A stretch of DNA of 48,444 nucleotides from Chloroflexota bacterium (GTDB lineage: Bacteria; Chloroflexota; Limnocylindria; Limnocylindrales; CSP1-4), in the NCBI GenBank assembly GCA_003250155.1, contig QKHE01000090.1:1-48444 (forward strand), given 5' to 3'. Below the pieces are notes generated by a model that was not told where the DNA came from, searched no databases, and worked only from the letters and a program-made list of their open reading frames with translations. Every line of letters begins with the position of its first letter. Position 1 is the stretch's first letter. A program made the translations under genes and the position numbers. This document shows positions 1 through 9,193 of this stretch, one piece after another.

Positions 1-2
1 CG

Positions 3-1199
3 GCCGATCATCTCCAGGCGACCGATCCCGATGGCACGCTGACGTTCGACGCTGACACCCCGGGGCTGGGCGACCTCGCGGCCGGGGACGTCCTGATCGT
101 CGAGGGCGTCGGGGTCCGCAAGGTTGCCGGCACGAGCACCGCCGGCGGCGCGCTGACGGTCACGACCAGCGAGGCGACGATCGCCGACGCCGTGAGGAAC
201 GGCAAGATCGGCTGGACCTATGACGTGGCCTGGGACAACCTGCCCGACGCGACCTACGAGGCGGCGATGGCCGAGCTCGGCCTGCGGCGCGATGGCGTCG
301 CCTCGATCGGCCGCCTCGACGGCGACACGCTGCGCCAGCTGGCCGTGCCGGGCGAGGTGTTGCGCTTCACCGGTAAGGTCCAGGGCTTCGACATCGAGTT
401 CAAGCTGACGCCGCACAAGGACAAGCTCGACGTGGAGCTGTCGGCGACGCGGGCAAACGTCCAGGTCAAGGCGGCCGGCTTCGTCAGCACGTTCAAGCAG
501 GAAACGGTCATGGAGTTCGAGGACGGCGTCGGGTCGTTCTTCGACACGAAGGTCAGCGGTCTGAAGGGCGAGGTGACGGTCACCTGGCACGCCTTCCAGG
601 TCAACGACCCGTCGCTCGACTCGAGCATCATGGCCCTCGAGCTGCCGTTCGGGGTCCCGATCCCGTTCATGGCCGGCCCGATCCCGATGACCCTCAACGT
701 CAAGGCCAACGTCCGGATCGTGCCCGAGCTCACGAGCGGCAACGCCTCGTCGGGCGGGTCGTGGAAGGTCACCTACGACAGCGACCAGGGATTCAACACC
801 AACGGTGGCGACCCGACGCCGGTGTCGACCCTGCGCAGCCTCGAGGCGGGCCTCGCCTCCGAGCCGACCGTGACGGCGGGCCTCGGCGTCACCGGCTTCG
901 GCGCCGGCTTCGAGTTCCCGCGCCTGGAGCTCCAGCTCGGCCATCCGGCGGTCAAGGGGTTCCTGAACACGTACGCGTTCGTGACGCTCAACACCTACGT
1001 CAACGGGCTGTGGACGCCGGGCACGACGTTGACCAGCGATATCCCGCCGTGCCAGCGCTCGTCGGCGGTCGTCAGCGCGGTCGCCGGCTACAAGCTGTCA
1101 GTGCTCGGCATGGCCGAGCTGTCCGACAACAAGCTGCTGTGGCAGAAGACGATCGACAAGTTCAAGGACGACAAGCCCTGCACGCTGACGGGTGACTGA
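3..1199 (+). CDS. Hypothetical beta-rich protein, probably secreted/surface; 5'-truncated by the window edge
   Basis: The frame of ORF 192..1199 is open back to position 3 (ADHLQATDPDGTLTFDADTPGLGDLAAGDVLIVEGVGVRKVAG...). Strong GC3 codon bias; Thr/Ser/Gly/Val-rich; two Cys near the C-terminus. No family recognised. Confidence 0.75.
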   Translation, partial: ADHLQATDPDGTLTFDADTPGLGDLAAGDVLIVEGVGVRKVAGTSTAGGALTVTTSEATIADAVRNGKIGWTYDVAWDNLPDATYEAAMAELGLRRDGVASIGRLDGDTLRQLAVPGEVLRFTGKVQGFDIEFKLTPHKDKLDVELSATRANVQVKAAGFVSTFKQETVMEFEDGVGSFFDTKVSGLKGEVTVTWHAFQVNDPSLDSSIMALELPFGVPIPFMAGPIPMTLNVKANVRIVPELTSGNASSGGSWKVTYDSDQGFNTNGGDPTPVSTLRSLEAGLASEPTVTAGLGVTGFGAGFEFPRLELQLGHPAVKGFLNTYAFVTLNTYVNGLWTPGTTLTSDIPPCQRSSAVVSAVAGYKLSVLGMAELSDNKLLWQKTIDKFKDDKPCTLTGD

Positions 1200-1253
1200 T
1201 CGTCGCCCGAGGGTGACGCCGGCGGGATCGGCGCCGGGCTACCATGAGCCCCC

Positions 1254-4200
1254 GTGGCCCTCGCGTCGAATGACTTCGTCCATCTCCATACGCACTCCGA
1301 GTTCAGCCTCCTCGACGGCCTCGGGCGGATCACGGACCTGGTCGACGAAGCGAGCACGAAGGGCTTCGACAGCCTTGCCCTGACCGACCACGGCGCCCTG
1401 TACGGCGCCGTCGCCTTCCACCAGGCTGCCAGCCAACGCGGCATCCGGCCGATCATCGGCGTCGAGACCTACGTCGCCCGCCGCTCGATGACCGACAAGG
1501 AGGGCAAGGCCGACGCGCAGCCCTTCCACCTCGTCCTGCTGGCGTCCGACCTGACCGGCTACCGGAACCTCTGCCGGCTTGTCAGCGACGCCCACATCGA
1601 CGGCTACTACTACAAGCCGCGGATCGATCGCGAGCACCTGGCGCGCTACAGCGAGGGCCTGATCGGCCTGTCGGCCTGTCTCAACGGCGAGGTCAGCCGG
1701 GCCCTCGAGGTCGAGGACTGGGACCTCGCGCGGACCGTCGCGGGCTCGTATGCCGACATCCTCGGCAGAGACCGCTTCTTCCTGGAGCTGCAGGACCACG
1801 GCCTGCCCGAGCAGCGACGGCTCAATGAGCAGCTGCTGCGCCTCGCGCCCGAGATGGACCTGCCGCTCGTGGTCACCAACGACCTCCACTATGTCCGCCG
1901 CGAGCAGCACGAGGCCCATGACGTCCTGCTATGCGTCGGAACGGCCTCCAACCTCGACACGCCCGGCCGCCTGAAGTTCGAGACGAACGACTTCTTCCTG
2001 AAGTCGGCGGCCGAGATGGCGGCCCTCTTCCCGGACCAGCCCGAGGCGATCGCCAACACGAAGCGAATCGCCGAGATGTGCCACGTCGAGCTGCCGCTCG
2101 GCCAGACCCGGATCCCGCACTTCCCGGTGCCCGACGGCGAGACGGTCGAGTCGTGGCTGCGGGCGGAGTGCGAGCGCGGCCTGGCGTGGCGCTATGGCGC
2201 GCCGACACCGGAGCTCCAGGCCCGCCTGGACTACGAGCTCGGCGTCATCACGTCGATGGGCTACGCCGGCTACTTCCTGATCGTCGCCGACTTCATCAAC
2301 TTCGCCCGGCAACAGGGGATCGCCACGACCTGCCGCGGCAGCGCCCCGGGTTCGATCGTCACCTACACCCTCGGCATCACGCCGGTCGACCCGATCGCCT
2401 ATGAGCTGCCGTTCGAGCGGTTCCTGAACCCCGACCGGGTCACGATGCCCGACATCGACGTCGATTTCCAGGACGACCGCCGTGACGAGGTCATCGCCTA
2501 CGTCGCCCGCAAGTACGGCCAGGACCACGTCGCCCAGATCATCACCTTCGGCACGATGCTCGCCCGGGCGGCGATCCGCGACGTGGGGCGTGTCCTGGGC
2601 CACAGCTACGGCGACGTCGACCGGATCGCCAAGGCCGTCCCGAACCAGCTCGGCATCAAGCTGCAGGAGGCGCTCGAGACGAGCCCCCAGCTGCGCGAGC
2701 AATACGACAGCGAGCCGGGCGTGAAGCGGATCATCGACTTCGCCGAGCAGCTCGAGGGTGTCGCCCGCAACGCCTCGACCCACGCTGCCGGCGTGGTCAT
2801 CAGCCGCGAGCCGCTGACCGAGCTCATGCCGCTCCAGAAGGCGACGAACTCGGACGCGCTCATGACCCAGTACGAGATGCACGCCATCGAGGCGCTTGGG
2901 CTGCTCAAGTTCGACTTCCTGGGCCTGTCGAACCTGACGATCCTGAAGCACGCCGTGGACGCGATCCGGGCCCATCGCGGCGTCGAGGTCGATCTCGAGA
3001 CGATCCCGCTCGACGATGCCAGGACGTTCGAGCTGCTCGCCTCCGGCGAGACGACCGGGGTGTTCCAGCTGGAGTCGGCGGGCATGCGGCGCTACGTTCG
3101 CGAGCTGCGGCCGACGAGCGTCTTCGACCTCGCGGCGATGGTCGCCCTGTACCGCCCCGGGCCGATGGACAACATCCCGGCCTACATCCGCCGCAAGCAT
3201 GGCCAGGAGCCGGTGACGTACCTCCACCCGCTGCTCGAGCCGTTCCTCGAGCGAACGTACGGGATCTTCGTCTACCAGGAGGACATCATGGCCGCCGCGA
3301 TCGCCCTCGGCGGCTTCACCGGCCCCGAGGCCGACACGCTCGGCTACGCCATTCGCAAGAAGAAGTCGACGGTCCTGCGGGCCCAGAAGGAGAAGTTCGT
3401 CACCCAGGCCGCCGAGCGTGGCGTCCCGCCGGCGGTCATCGACCAGGTCTTCGCGGCCTTCCAGCCGTTCGAGCGCTACGGCTTCAACAAGGCCCACGCG
3501 ACGTGCTACGGCCTGATCGCCTACCAGACCGCGTACCTGAAGGCGAACTACACGGTCGACTACATGGCGTCGGTCCTGTCGGCGTTCCGGGACAACGAGG
3601 AGAAGGTCGCCGCGGCCATCGCCGAGTGCCGCCGGCTGGGCATCGAGGTCCGGCCGCCGGACGTGATGAAGAGCGCGGTCGAGTTCACGGTCGAGGACGA
3701 GGCGATCCGCTTCGGGCTGCTGGCGGTGAAGAACGTCGGCCAGGGCGCGATCGAGTCGATCATCGCGGCCCGCGAGGCCGAGGGCCCGTTCCGGTCGCTC
3801 GGCGACTTCTGCCGCCGGATCGACCTCAGGCTCGCCAACCGCAAGGTCCTCGAGTCGCTGGCCAAGGTGGGGGCGCTGGCGGCGTTCGGGCATCACGCGC
3901 AGATCCTCGAGGGGCTCGAGGACGCCATGGCGGCCGGCCAGGCCGCGCAGCGCGACCTCGCCACCGGCCAGACCTCGCTCTTCGACGTGTCTGCCGCCGA
4001 CTCCCTGGTGCTGGAGCGGCCGCTGCCCGATGTCGGCGAGGCGCCCGTGCGCGAGCGGCTGCGCTGGGAGAAGGAGCTCCTCGGGCTGTACCTGTCCGAA
4101 CACCCGATGGGCGAGGTCGCCGATCGCGTCGCGGCGTTCGTGACGGCCTACTCCGGCGACCTGAAGGACGAATCGCTCGACGGCCAGCGGCTCGTCGTCT

Positions 4201-5180
4201 GCGGCATCGTCGTCGGCGCCCGGACCGTCATCACGCGGACCCGCTCGACCATGGCGGTCGTGACGCTCGAGGACGCGCAGGGATCGCTGGAGGTCGTCGT
4301 GTTCCCGCGGCTGTGGGAGCAGACCGGCCCGATCTGGCAGGACGGCGGGATCCTGCTCGTCGCCGGCCGGATCGATCACCGCGGCGAGGAGGTCTCGCTG
4401 CTGGCCGACGTCGTGGTCCCGTGGGACGAGGCGGTCGTCAACGGCCCGGAGGCGTTCGCCCGCGAGGTGGCCGGCGGCGATCGAGGACCGATGCGGCGGC
4501 GCCAGCCCGTGGCGGTCGGGCCGGGCGGCGACGGATCTGCCGGCGGAGGATCTAACGGCGGCACCGGCGGCTCGAACGGGGCCAATGGCAGCCGCTACCC
4601 GCCGGCCGCTCCATCACCGCGTGTCCCGGCGGCGGCCGGCGCCATGGCCCTTGGCCGCCGGCCGGACATCCCGTACGTCTCACCGCTTCGAGGCGGCGTC
4701 GTTCCCGAGGCCGGGCCGCTGGAGCTCCCGGGAGCCGGGGCCGCGACGCCTCCCGCGGCGTCGTTGCCGACGATCGCACCCGCCGAGCCGATCGCAACGC
4801 ACCAGGACGCGGCGGACGACCCGACGCTCGCCGACCACGACGTGGAGCCGGCGCTGCCCGACGAGGCACGCTCCCGCGTCGCGGCGGCGGCGGCGACGCA
4901 GACGGCACCGCTCGAGGTCGGCGACCCGTCCGACGTGCTCCACGTGCGCTTCGGCGGCGCCCCTGCCGCGCGGCTCGTGCTCGCCATGGAGACGTTCCGG
5001 CAGCTTGCCCGGGAGCGGCCCGGCGAGACGCGCGTCGTGGTCCACGTTCCGGCGCCGGGCGGTCACGCGCTGCCAATGGAGCTTCGGAGCGGGGTCGCCT
5101 ACGATTCCGAGCTGCTGGCCGAGATCCGCCGCCGACTCGGCGACGGCGTCGTGAAGCTGTCCGTCGCGCCACCGGGCTGA
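1254..5180 (+). CDS. dnaE: DNA polymerase III alpha subunit
   Basis: PHP domain (HLHTHSEFSLLDG, TDHG, NDLHY), RGSAPGS, catalytic MPDIDVDF, GLLKFDFLGL, YGFNKAH, clamp motif QTSLF, OB fold; long low-complexity linker before the C-terminal domain. Confidence 0.98.
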   Translation: MALASNDFVHLHTHSEFSLLDGLGRITDLVDEASTKGFDSLALTDHGALYGAVAFHQAASQRGIRPIIGVETYVARRSMTDKEGKADAQPFHLVLLASDLTGYRNLCRLVSDAHIDGYYYKPRIDREHLARYSEGLIGLSACLNGEVSRALEVEDWDLARTVAGSYADILGRDRFFLELQDHGLPEQRRLNEQLLRLAPEMDLPLVVTNDLHYVRREQHEAHDVLLCVGTASNLDTPGRLKFETNDFFLKSAAEMAALFPDQPEAIANTKRIAEMCHVELPLGQTRIPHFPVPDGETVESWLRAECERGLAWRYGAPTPELQARLDYELGVITSMGYAGYFLIVADFINFARQQGIATTCRGSAPGSIVTYTLGITPVDPIAYELPFERFLNPDRVTMPDIDVDFQDDRRDEVIAYVARKYGQDHVAQIITFGTMLARAAIRDVGRVLGHSYGDVDRIAKAVPNQLGIKLQEALETSPQLREQYDSEPGVKRIIDFAEQLEGVARNASTHAAGVVISREPLTELMPLQKATNSDALMTQYEMHAIEALGLLKFDFLGLSNLTILKHAVDAIRAHRGVEVDLETIPLDDARTFELLASGETTGVFQLESAGMRRYVRELRPTSVFDLAAMVALYRPGPMDNIPAYIRRKHGQEPVTYLHPLLEPFLERTYGIFVYQEDIMAAAIALGGFTGPEADTLGYAIRKKKSTVLRAQKEKFVTQAAERGVPPAVIDQVFAAFQPFERYGFNKAHATCYGLIAYQTAYLKANYTVDYMASVLSAFRDNEEKVAAAIAECRRLGIEVRPPDVMKSAVEFTVEDEAIRFGLLAVKNVGQGAIESIIAAREAEGPFRSLGDFCRRIDLRLANRKVLESLAKVGALAAFGHHAQILEGLEDAMAAGQAAQRDLATGQTSLFDVSAADSLVLERPLPDVGEAPVRERLRWEKELLGLYLSEHPMGEVADRVAAFVTAYSGDLKDESLDGQRLVVCGIVVGARTVITRTRSTMAVVTLEDAQGSLEVVVFPRLWEQTGPIWQDGGILLVAGRIDHRGEEVSLLADVVVPWDEAVVNGPEAFAREVAGGDRGPMRRRQPVAVGPGGDGSAGGGSNGGTGGSNGANGSRYPPAAPSPRVPAAAGAMALGRRPDIPYVSPLRGGVVPEAGPLELPGAGAATPPAASLPTIAPAEPIATHQDAADDPTLADHDVEPALPDEARSRVAAAAATQTAPLEVGDPSDVLHVRFGGAPAARLVLAMETFRQLARERPGETRVVVHVPAPGGHALPMELRSGVAYDSELLAEIRRRLGDGVVKLSVAPPG

Positions 5181-5209
5181 GGCGGCCCCGGATCGAGGGG
5201 GGAGGAACC

Positions 5210-5386
5210 GTGAAGGAGGTCACCTGCATCTGCGGCTGGACCTGCCGCGGAACCGAGGACGAGGTCGTCGCCCAGGTCATCGACCATGGCCGCGCGGCGC
5301 ATGGGATCGAGTCCACGCGCGACGAGATCCTGGCCATCGCGGTGGAGATCCCGATGCCGTCGCAGCCCGCCGGGGCCGGCGACTGA
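5210..5386 (+). CDS. Small DUF1059-like metal-binding protein (58 aa; not in ORF track)
   Basis: GGAGG SD at 5201-5205, GTG at 5210, TGA at 5384-5386. MKEVTCICGWTCRGTEDEVVAQVIDHGRAAHGIESTRDEILAIAVEIP... has the CxCG...EDE...HxxxxHG pattern of DUF1059. Confidence 0.8.
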   Translation: MKEVTCICGWTCRGTEDEVVAQVIDHGRAAHGIESTRDEILAIAVEIPMPSQPAGAGD

Positions 5387-5392
5387 CCCGCG

Positions 5393-5905
5393 ATGGCGCA
5401 GCTCGAGCCGCCCGTTGGCTCGACTCCGTGGTCGCCCGATTTCGTTGGCCAGCGCCTCGAGCTCCTGATGGTCCATCGTGCCGGTGGCGAGATTCGGGTG
5501 CTGCGTCCGGTGCACGCCGATGCGCTGCGCGTCGGCTGGGCGGTCGGTCGATCGGCGGACGAGATCCTGACCGAGCTGCTGGGGCGCTACGGCCTGGTCC
5601 CGCGCGTGCTGCATTCGACATCCTGGCGGCACGTGGACGACGAGGTCGTCCTGACCTACCTGGTCGTCGTCGACGGACCCGCCGATCCGGGTCCGCACCT
5701 CGTCGACGAGCCGGTCGGCCGGGCCGCGCTCGCACGGGGTGACGCGACCGCGGCGCCGGCCTCGATCGGGATCGCGCAGGTCCTGGAGCATGCGCTGCGC
5801 CACCTGTCGTGGTTGATTGCCGACGATGCCGCCGTCGGCGCGGCGCTCCCTGACTGGCGTCCGCTGCTCGAGCCGTACGTCCCCGAGCCGTTCCAGGCGC
5901 TCTAG
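5393..5905 (+). CDS. Hypothetical protein (HSTSWR motif), possibly degenerate NUDIX-like fold
   Basis: 170-aa ORF starting 6 nt after the DUF1059 stop; coding-like codon usage; motifs VLHSTSWR...VVLTYL and HALRHL. The fold is inference. Confidence 0.7.
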   Translation: MAQLEPPVGSTPWSPDFVGQRLELLMVHRAGGEIRVLRPVHADALRVGWAVGRSADEILTELLGRYGLVPRVLHSTSWRHVDDEVVLTYLVVVDGPADPGPHLVDEPVGRAALARGDATAAPASIGIAQVLEHALRHLSWLIADDAAVGAALPDWRPLLEPYVPEPFQAL

Positions 5906-5922
5906 CCGACCTTCGACGGCTG

Positions 5923-6390
5923 CTACCAGCGGCCGAACGCGGGATGCCCGGGGCCCACGGCGACGAAGGTCGCCCGGCCCGTGGCCGTGACGGTGCCGCC
6001 TGACTCGACCGTCGTCTCGACCGTTGCGCGGTCGTCCTGGAGATCGACGACCCGTCCGACCAGGCGAACAGGCTCACTCGACGGCGTTGGCCTTCGAAAT
6101 CGGATCGACAGCTCGGCGGTCACGGTCGACGGCGGGGTGGAGGAGCCGGAGCGGGCCATCAGGGCCGCGATCGCCGTCCAGTTCGAGTGGCAGTCGATCA
6201 CCGTGCCGAGGATGCCGCCGTTGACGAAGCCGTCGAATGCCTCGTGCTCGCGCCGTGCCTGCCACTCGGCGACGACCGTGCTTTCGTCCGCCTCGAAGCT
6301 CCGGATGCGAAGTCCCCGCTCGTTGGCCGGCCCGCACCCGAAGCACCGGCCGTCGGGCGCGAGGAGCTCCTGGAGGGATAGACCGTTCAT
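5923..6390 (-). CDS. PaaI-family (hotdog fold) thioesterase
   Basis: CFGCGPANERGL, GFVNGGILGTVIDCHS, TAELSIRFRRPTP. Start moved to the ATG at 6390 because the longer ORF runs through the tRNA and TAGACT lies 7 nt upstream of this ATG. Confidence 0.88.
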   Translation of the reverse strand: MNGLSLQELLAPDGRCFGCGPANERGLRIRSFEADESTVVAEWQARREHEAFDGFVNGGILGTVIDCHSNWTAIAALMARSGSSTPPSTVTAELSIRFRRPTPSSEPVRLVGRVVDLQDDRATVETTVESGGTVTATGRATFVAVGPGHPAFGRW

Positions 6391-6411
6391 CGCGGCGAGT
6401 CTAGGGAGGAG

Positions 6412-6497
6412 TGGTACCGGGGGAGGGATTCGAACCCTCAAGAGGTTGCCCTCAATGGTGTTTGAGACCATCGCGTATACCGTTCCGCCACCCCGGC
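6412..6497 (-). tRNA. tRNA-Leu(CAA), CCA encoded
   Basis: Reverse complement GCCGGGGTGGCGGAACGGTATACGCGATGGTCTCAAACACCATTGAGGGCAACCTCTTGAGGGTTCGAATCCCTCCCCCGGTACCA: acceptor stem, anticodon stem ATGGT/ACCAT with loop CTCAAAC, long variable arm, GGTTCGAATCC T-arm, discriminator A + CCA. Confidence 0.95.
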
Positions 6498-6551
6498 GCG
6501 CGACGAATCCTACCCGCCTGACGCCACGTCGTTCGCTATCGTTCCGACGCG

Positions 6552-7586
6552 ATGGCTGATCAGATCATGACCGTGCTCGGGCCGATCGAGCCCGAGGCGC
6601 TCGGGGTGACCCTGGCGCATGAGCACCTCGTGTTCGACCTGCGCTGCCTGTGGGAGGAGCCGCCACCGGAGCGGGCGTACCTGGTTGATGCCGAGCCGAC
6701 GCTCGAGAACCGCGGCGCGATGACCCGCGACGCGTATCACTCGAAAGTCAACCTCCATCTCGACGACCCGACGCTGGTCGAGGAAGACCTCTACCGCTAC
6801 AGGGCAGCCGGTGGGGCGTCGCTCATCGACCTGACGACCACCGGCCTGGCGCCGAACCCGGACGCCGCCGTCGCCCTGGCGCGCGCGACCGGCCTGCACG
6901 TCGTCGCCGGCGCCGGGTACTACCGGCGGCGCTGCCTTCCGGATGGCGTCGACGAGCTCTCCGAAGATGCCCTCGCCGAGGAACTGGAACGCGCCGTCCG
7001 CGAAGGGTTCCCGCGAACAACGGTCCGGGCCGGGATCCTCGGCGAGCTCGGCACCGCGACGCCGATCCAGCCGTTCGAGGAGCGCCAGCTGCGGGCGGCC
7101 GCGCGGGTCCAGCGGGCGACCGGCGTCGGGATCAACGTCCACCCCGCGATCTGGGGCCACGAGCACCTCCGGATCATCGACATCCTCGAGTCCGCCGGAG
7201 CCGACCTGTCACGCGTCGCCATCAGCCACTGCGACGAGCTCGTCGAGCCCGAGTGGCACGCGAAGATCGCCGAGCGCGGGGTCATGCTGTGCTTCGACAC
7301 ATTCGGCGCGGAGGGCGTGTCGGACAGCGACGGCTCGCAGGAGCCGCGCGACAGCCAACGCCTCGACTGCCTCCGCCGGCTGCTCGACGCCGGCCGGGCC
7401 GGCCAGCTGCTCCTGTCGCACGACGTCTGCACCCGCCTCCAGCTCCACCGCTACGGCGGCTGGGGCTATGACCACATCCTCGTGAGCATCGTGCCGGGCC
7501 TTCGACGCGGCGGCGTGCCGGACGACGACATCGACCGGATGCTCATCGACAACCCTCGGCGGCTGCTGGCGATGCCGGCGACCTGA
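6552..7586 (+). CDS. Phosphotriesterase-family (PHP/PTE-like) amidohydrolase
   Basis: IMTVLGPI, TLAHEHL, GILGELG (Glu in place of the carbamylated Lys), NVH, ISHCD, LLLSHD, DNPRRLL. Confidence 0.9.
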   Translation: MADQIMTVLGPIEPEALGVTLAHEHLVFDLRCLWEEPPPERAYLVDAEPTLENRGAMTRDAYHSKVNLHLDDPTLVEEDLYRYRAAGGASLIDLTTTGLAPNPDAAVALARATGLHVVAGAGYYRRRCLPDGVDELSEDALAEELERAVREGFPRTTVRAGILGELGTATPIQPFEERQLRAAARVQRATGVGINVHPAIWGHEHLRIIDILESAGADLSRVAISHCDELVEPEWHAKIAERGVMLCFDTFGAEGVSDSDGSQEPRDSQRLDCLRRLLDAGRAGQLLLSHDVCTRLQLHRYGGWGYDHILVSIVPGLRRGGVPDDDIDRMLIDNPRRLLAMPAT

Positions 7587-7594
7587 GGCGTTCC

Positions 7595-7623
7595 GGGAAC
7601 CTCGGCGGGCGGCGGTCCGTCTG
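7595..7623 (+). promoter_or_regulatory. Putative ECF-sigma promoter (GGAAC-N17-CGTC) upstream of the ECF sigma gene
   Basis: GGGAAC ctcggcgggcggcggtc CGTCTG; the same elements and spacing recur at 9156-9184; matches the general ECF -35 AAC / -10 CGT pattern. Confidence 0.7.
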
Positions 7624-7635
7624 CTCGGGGACCGA

Positions 7636-7644
7636 TGCTAGACT
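7636..7644 (+). promoter_or_regulatory. Extended -10 housekeeping promoter (TGcTAGACT) for the ECF sigma gene
   Basis: ATGCTAGACT at 7635-7644 is identical to the 10-mer before uvrB (18171-18180); GGAGG follows before GTG 7686. Confidence 0.55.
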
Positions 7645-7685
7645 CGCGCAGCCTCACCATCGCCGTCCGGAGGAAACCCCCGAGC

Positions 7686-8294
7686 GTGGAGGACCTTCGC
7701 GCGACGAGCGTCGCCGACGATCCCGTCCAGCGCCGTGACCTGATTCTGCTGGAGCGCGCCCGCGACGGCGACCTCGACGCGTTCAACGACCTGGTTGTCG
7801 TCTACCAGGACATGCTCTACGCGCTCGTCGTCCGGATGGTCCCGGACCGCGACCAGGCGTCGGACGCGGTCCAGGAGGCGTTCTTCAACGCCTACCGGAA
7901 CCTTGACGCGTTCCGCGGCGGCAGCGTGAAGTCGTGGCTGAGCCGGATCGCGATCAACGCGGCGATGGATACGCAGCGCTATCGCAAGCGGCGCCCGGCC
8001 GACCCCTACCCGGAGCTCGACGACGAGGCATGGCAGCCGCCCGCCGACGCCTCGGCCGACCCCGTTACGACGTCGCTCATGGCCGAGCGGCATCGCGCGC
8101 TCAACGCCGCGCTGGCCCGGATCACCGACGACCAGCGCGCGGCGATCGTGCTCTACGACGTCGAGGGCTATGACTACGCGGAGATCGCCGACATCACGGG
8201 GGTTTCGGTCGGCACGGTCAAGTCGCGAATCCACCGCGGCCGGCTTGCGCTGCGGGGGCTGCTCGTCGACCGGATGGACCTCTTTCGTGGCTGA
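7686..8294 (+). CDS. ECF sigma-70 family RNA polymerase sigma factor
   Basis: Region 2 (GDLDAFNDLV, DAVQEAFFNAYR, SWLSRIAIN) and region 4 (YDYAEIADITGVSVGTVKSRIHRGR). GTG 7686 is preferred over ATG 7635, which overlaps the -10. Confidence 0.93.
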   Translation: MEDLRATSVADDPVQRRDLILLERARDGDLDAFNDLVVVYQDMLYALVVRMVPDRDQASDAVQEAFFNAYRNLDAFRGGSVKSWLSRIAINAAMDTQRYRKRRPADPYPELDDEAWQPPADASADPVTTSLMAERHRALNAALARITDDQRAAIVLYDVEGYDYAEIADITGVSVGTVKSRIHRGRLALRGLLVDRMDLFRG

Positions 8295-9132
8295 TCAGCT
8301 CGAGCTGCCCGAGTTCGGCGGGGCCCCCGAGCCTGACGAGGCCGATGGGAATCACGAGCCCGACGAGCTCGCCGTGCCGGCCGCCGGTCAGACCGACCCC
8401 GCGCTCGGGGCCGCCGCCCGGCACGCGCTCCATGACGAGGAGCTGGTCGCGGCCTACGCGGCCGGTGCGCTGGAGGCCGAGGATCCCGAAGACGTCGCAC
8501 GGGCGCGGTCGCTCGTCGAGCGGTGTTCCGTGTGCCACGACCTGCACGCGGACCTCCTGGCGATCGCGTCGGCCCACCGGGCGACGGCCGCCATGGTCCT
8601 TGCCGCGTCGCGTGACTACCGGCTGAGCGAGGACGATGCGGAGCGGCTGCGGCCGGGCGTGGCGCTCGTTCGCGCGGCGCCGGAGGCAGCCGCCGCGGAG
8701 GCCGCCGCCGTGCAGCCAGCCGCGGCGGCTCCGGCCGGGGCGGCGGCGCTGCCCGGGGACGCCGTCGCGCCACGACGACCGGCCGGGCCGTCGCTTGTCG
8801 AGCGAATTCGGGCGATCTTCTGGCCGCTCACCCAGTCGCTGGGCGGCAGCCTCGTCGCGGCCGGCCTGGTGGGGATTGTCATCGCGTCCGCGAGTCTCGC
8901 GGCCGTGCCGGTCGGCACGCCGTCGTCACCCGCCTTCGGCACGCAGGAAGGTGGCAATCCGGCGCCGACGGGCGATGTCGCCCTGGTCACGGACGATCGA
9001 TCGAGCGGGTTCGGGGTCGGGCCGGCGACCCCCGACGTTCGAGTCGTGGCGATCGGCGTGTCGGGCGGTGCCGTGCTACTCGGGCTGGTGCTTCTGGTGC
9101 GATCGCGTCGTCGGGCTCGGGAATCGCTCTGA
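8287..9132 (+). CDS. Putative membrane anti-sigma factor 1 (ZAS-like)
   Basis: GTG overlaps the sigma 3' end (GTGGCTGA). RHALHDEELVAAYA...ERCSVCHDLHADLLA...RDYRLS; two hydrophobic segments and a basic C-tail. Confidence 0.75.
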   Translation: MADQLELPEFGGAPEPDEADGNHEPDELAVPAAGQTDPALGAAARHALHDEELVAAYAAGALEAEDPEDVARARSLVERCSVCHDLHADLLAIASAHRATAAMVLAASRDYRLSEDDAERLRPGVALVRAAPEAAAAEAAAVQPAAAAPAGAAALPGDAVAPRRPAGPSLVERIRAIFWPLTQSLGGSLVAAGLVGIVIASASLAAVPVGTPSSPAFGTQEGGNPAPTGDVALVTDDRSSGFGVGPATPDVRVVAIGVSGGAVLLGLVLLVRSRRRARESL

Positions 9133-9155
9133 ACGGCGAATCCCGAGCGCAGCAA

Positions 9156-9184
9156 GGGAACTGAAGTCGGCCCCGCACCGTCTG
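9156..9184 (+). promoter_or_regulatory. Second putative ECF-sigma promoter, 9 nt upstream of anti-sigma 2
   Basis: GGGAAC tgaagtcggccccgcac CGTCTG acggacgag ATG. Confidence 0.7.
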
Positions 9185-9193
9185 ACGGACGAG

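Noticed and set aside
1254-5180. Intein or split in DnaE to explain its length
   Set aside because: Core motifs including YGFNKAH are contiguous; the extra length is low-complexity, with no splice-junction or endonuclease motifs.
5210-6497. tRNA-Leu as the attachment site of an integrated element
   Set aside because: No integrase and no duplicate of the tRNA 3' end seen; dnaE lies only about 1.2 kb from its 3' end.
6552-7586. True organophosphate-degrading phosphotriesterase (opd)
   Set aside because: It has Glu rather than the carbamylated Lys and no signal peptide, which fits the broad PHP/lactonase-like group; substrate unknown.
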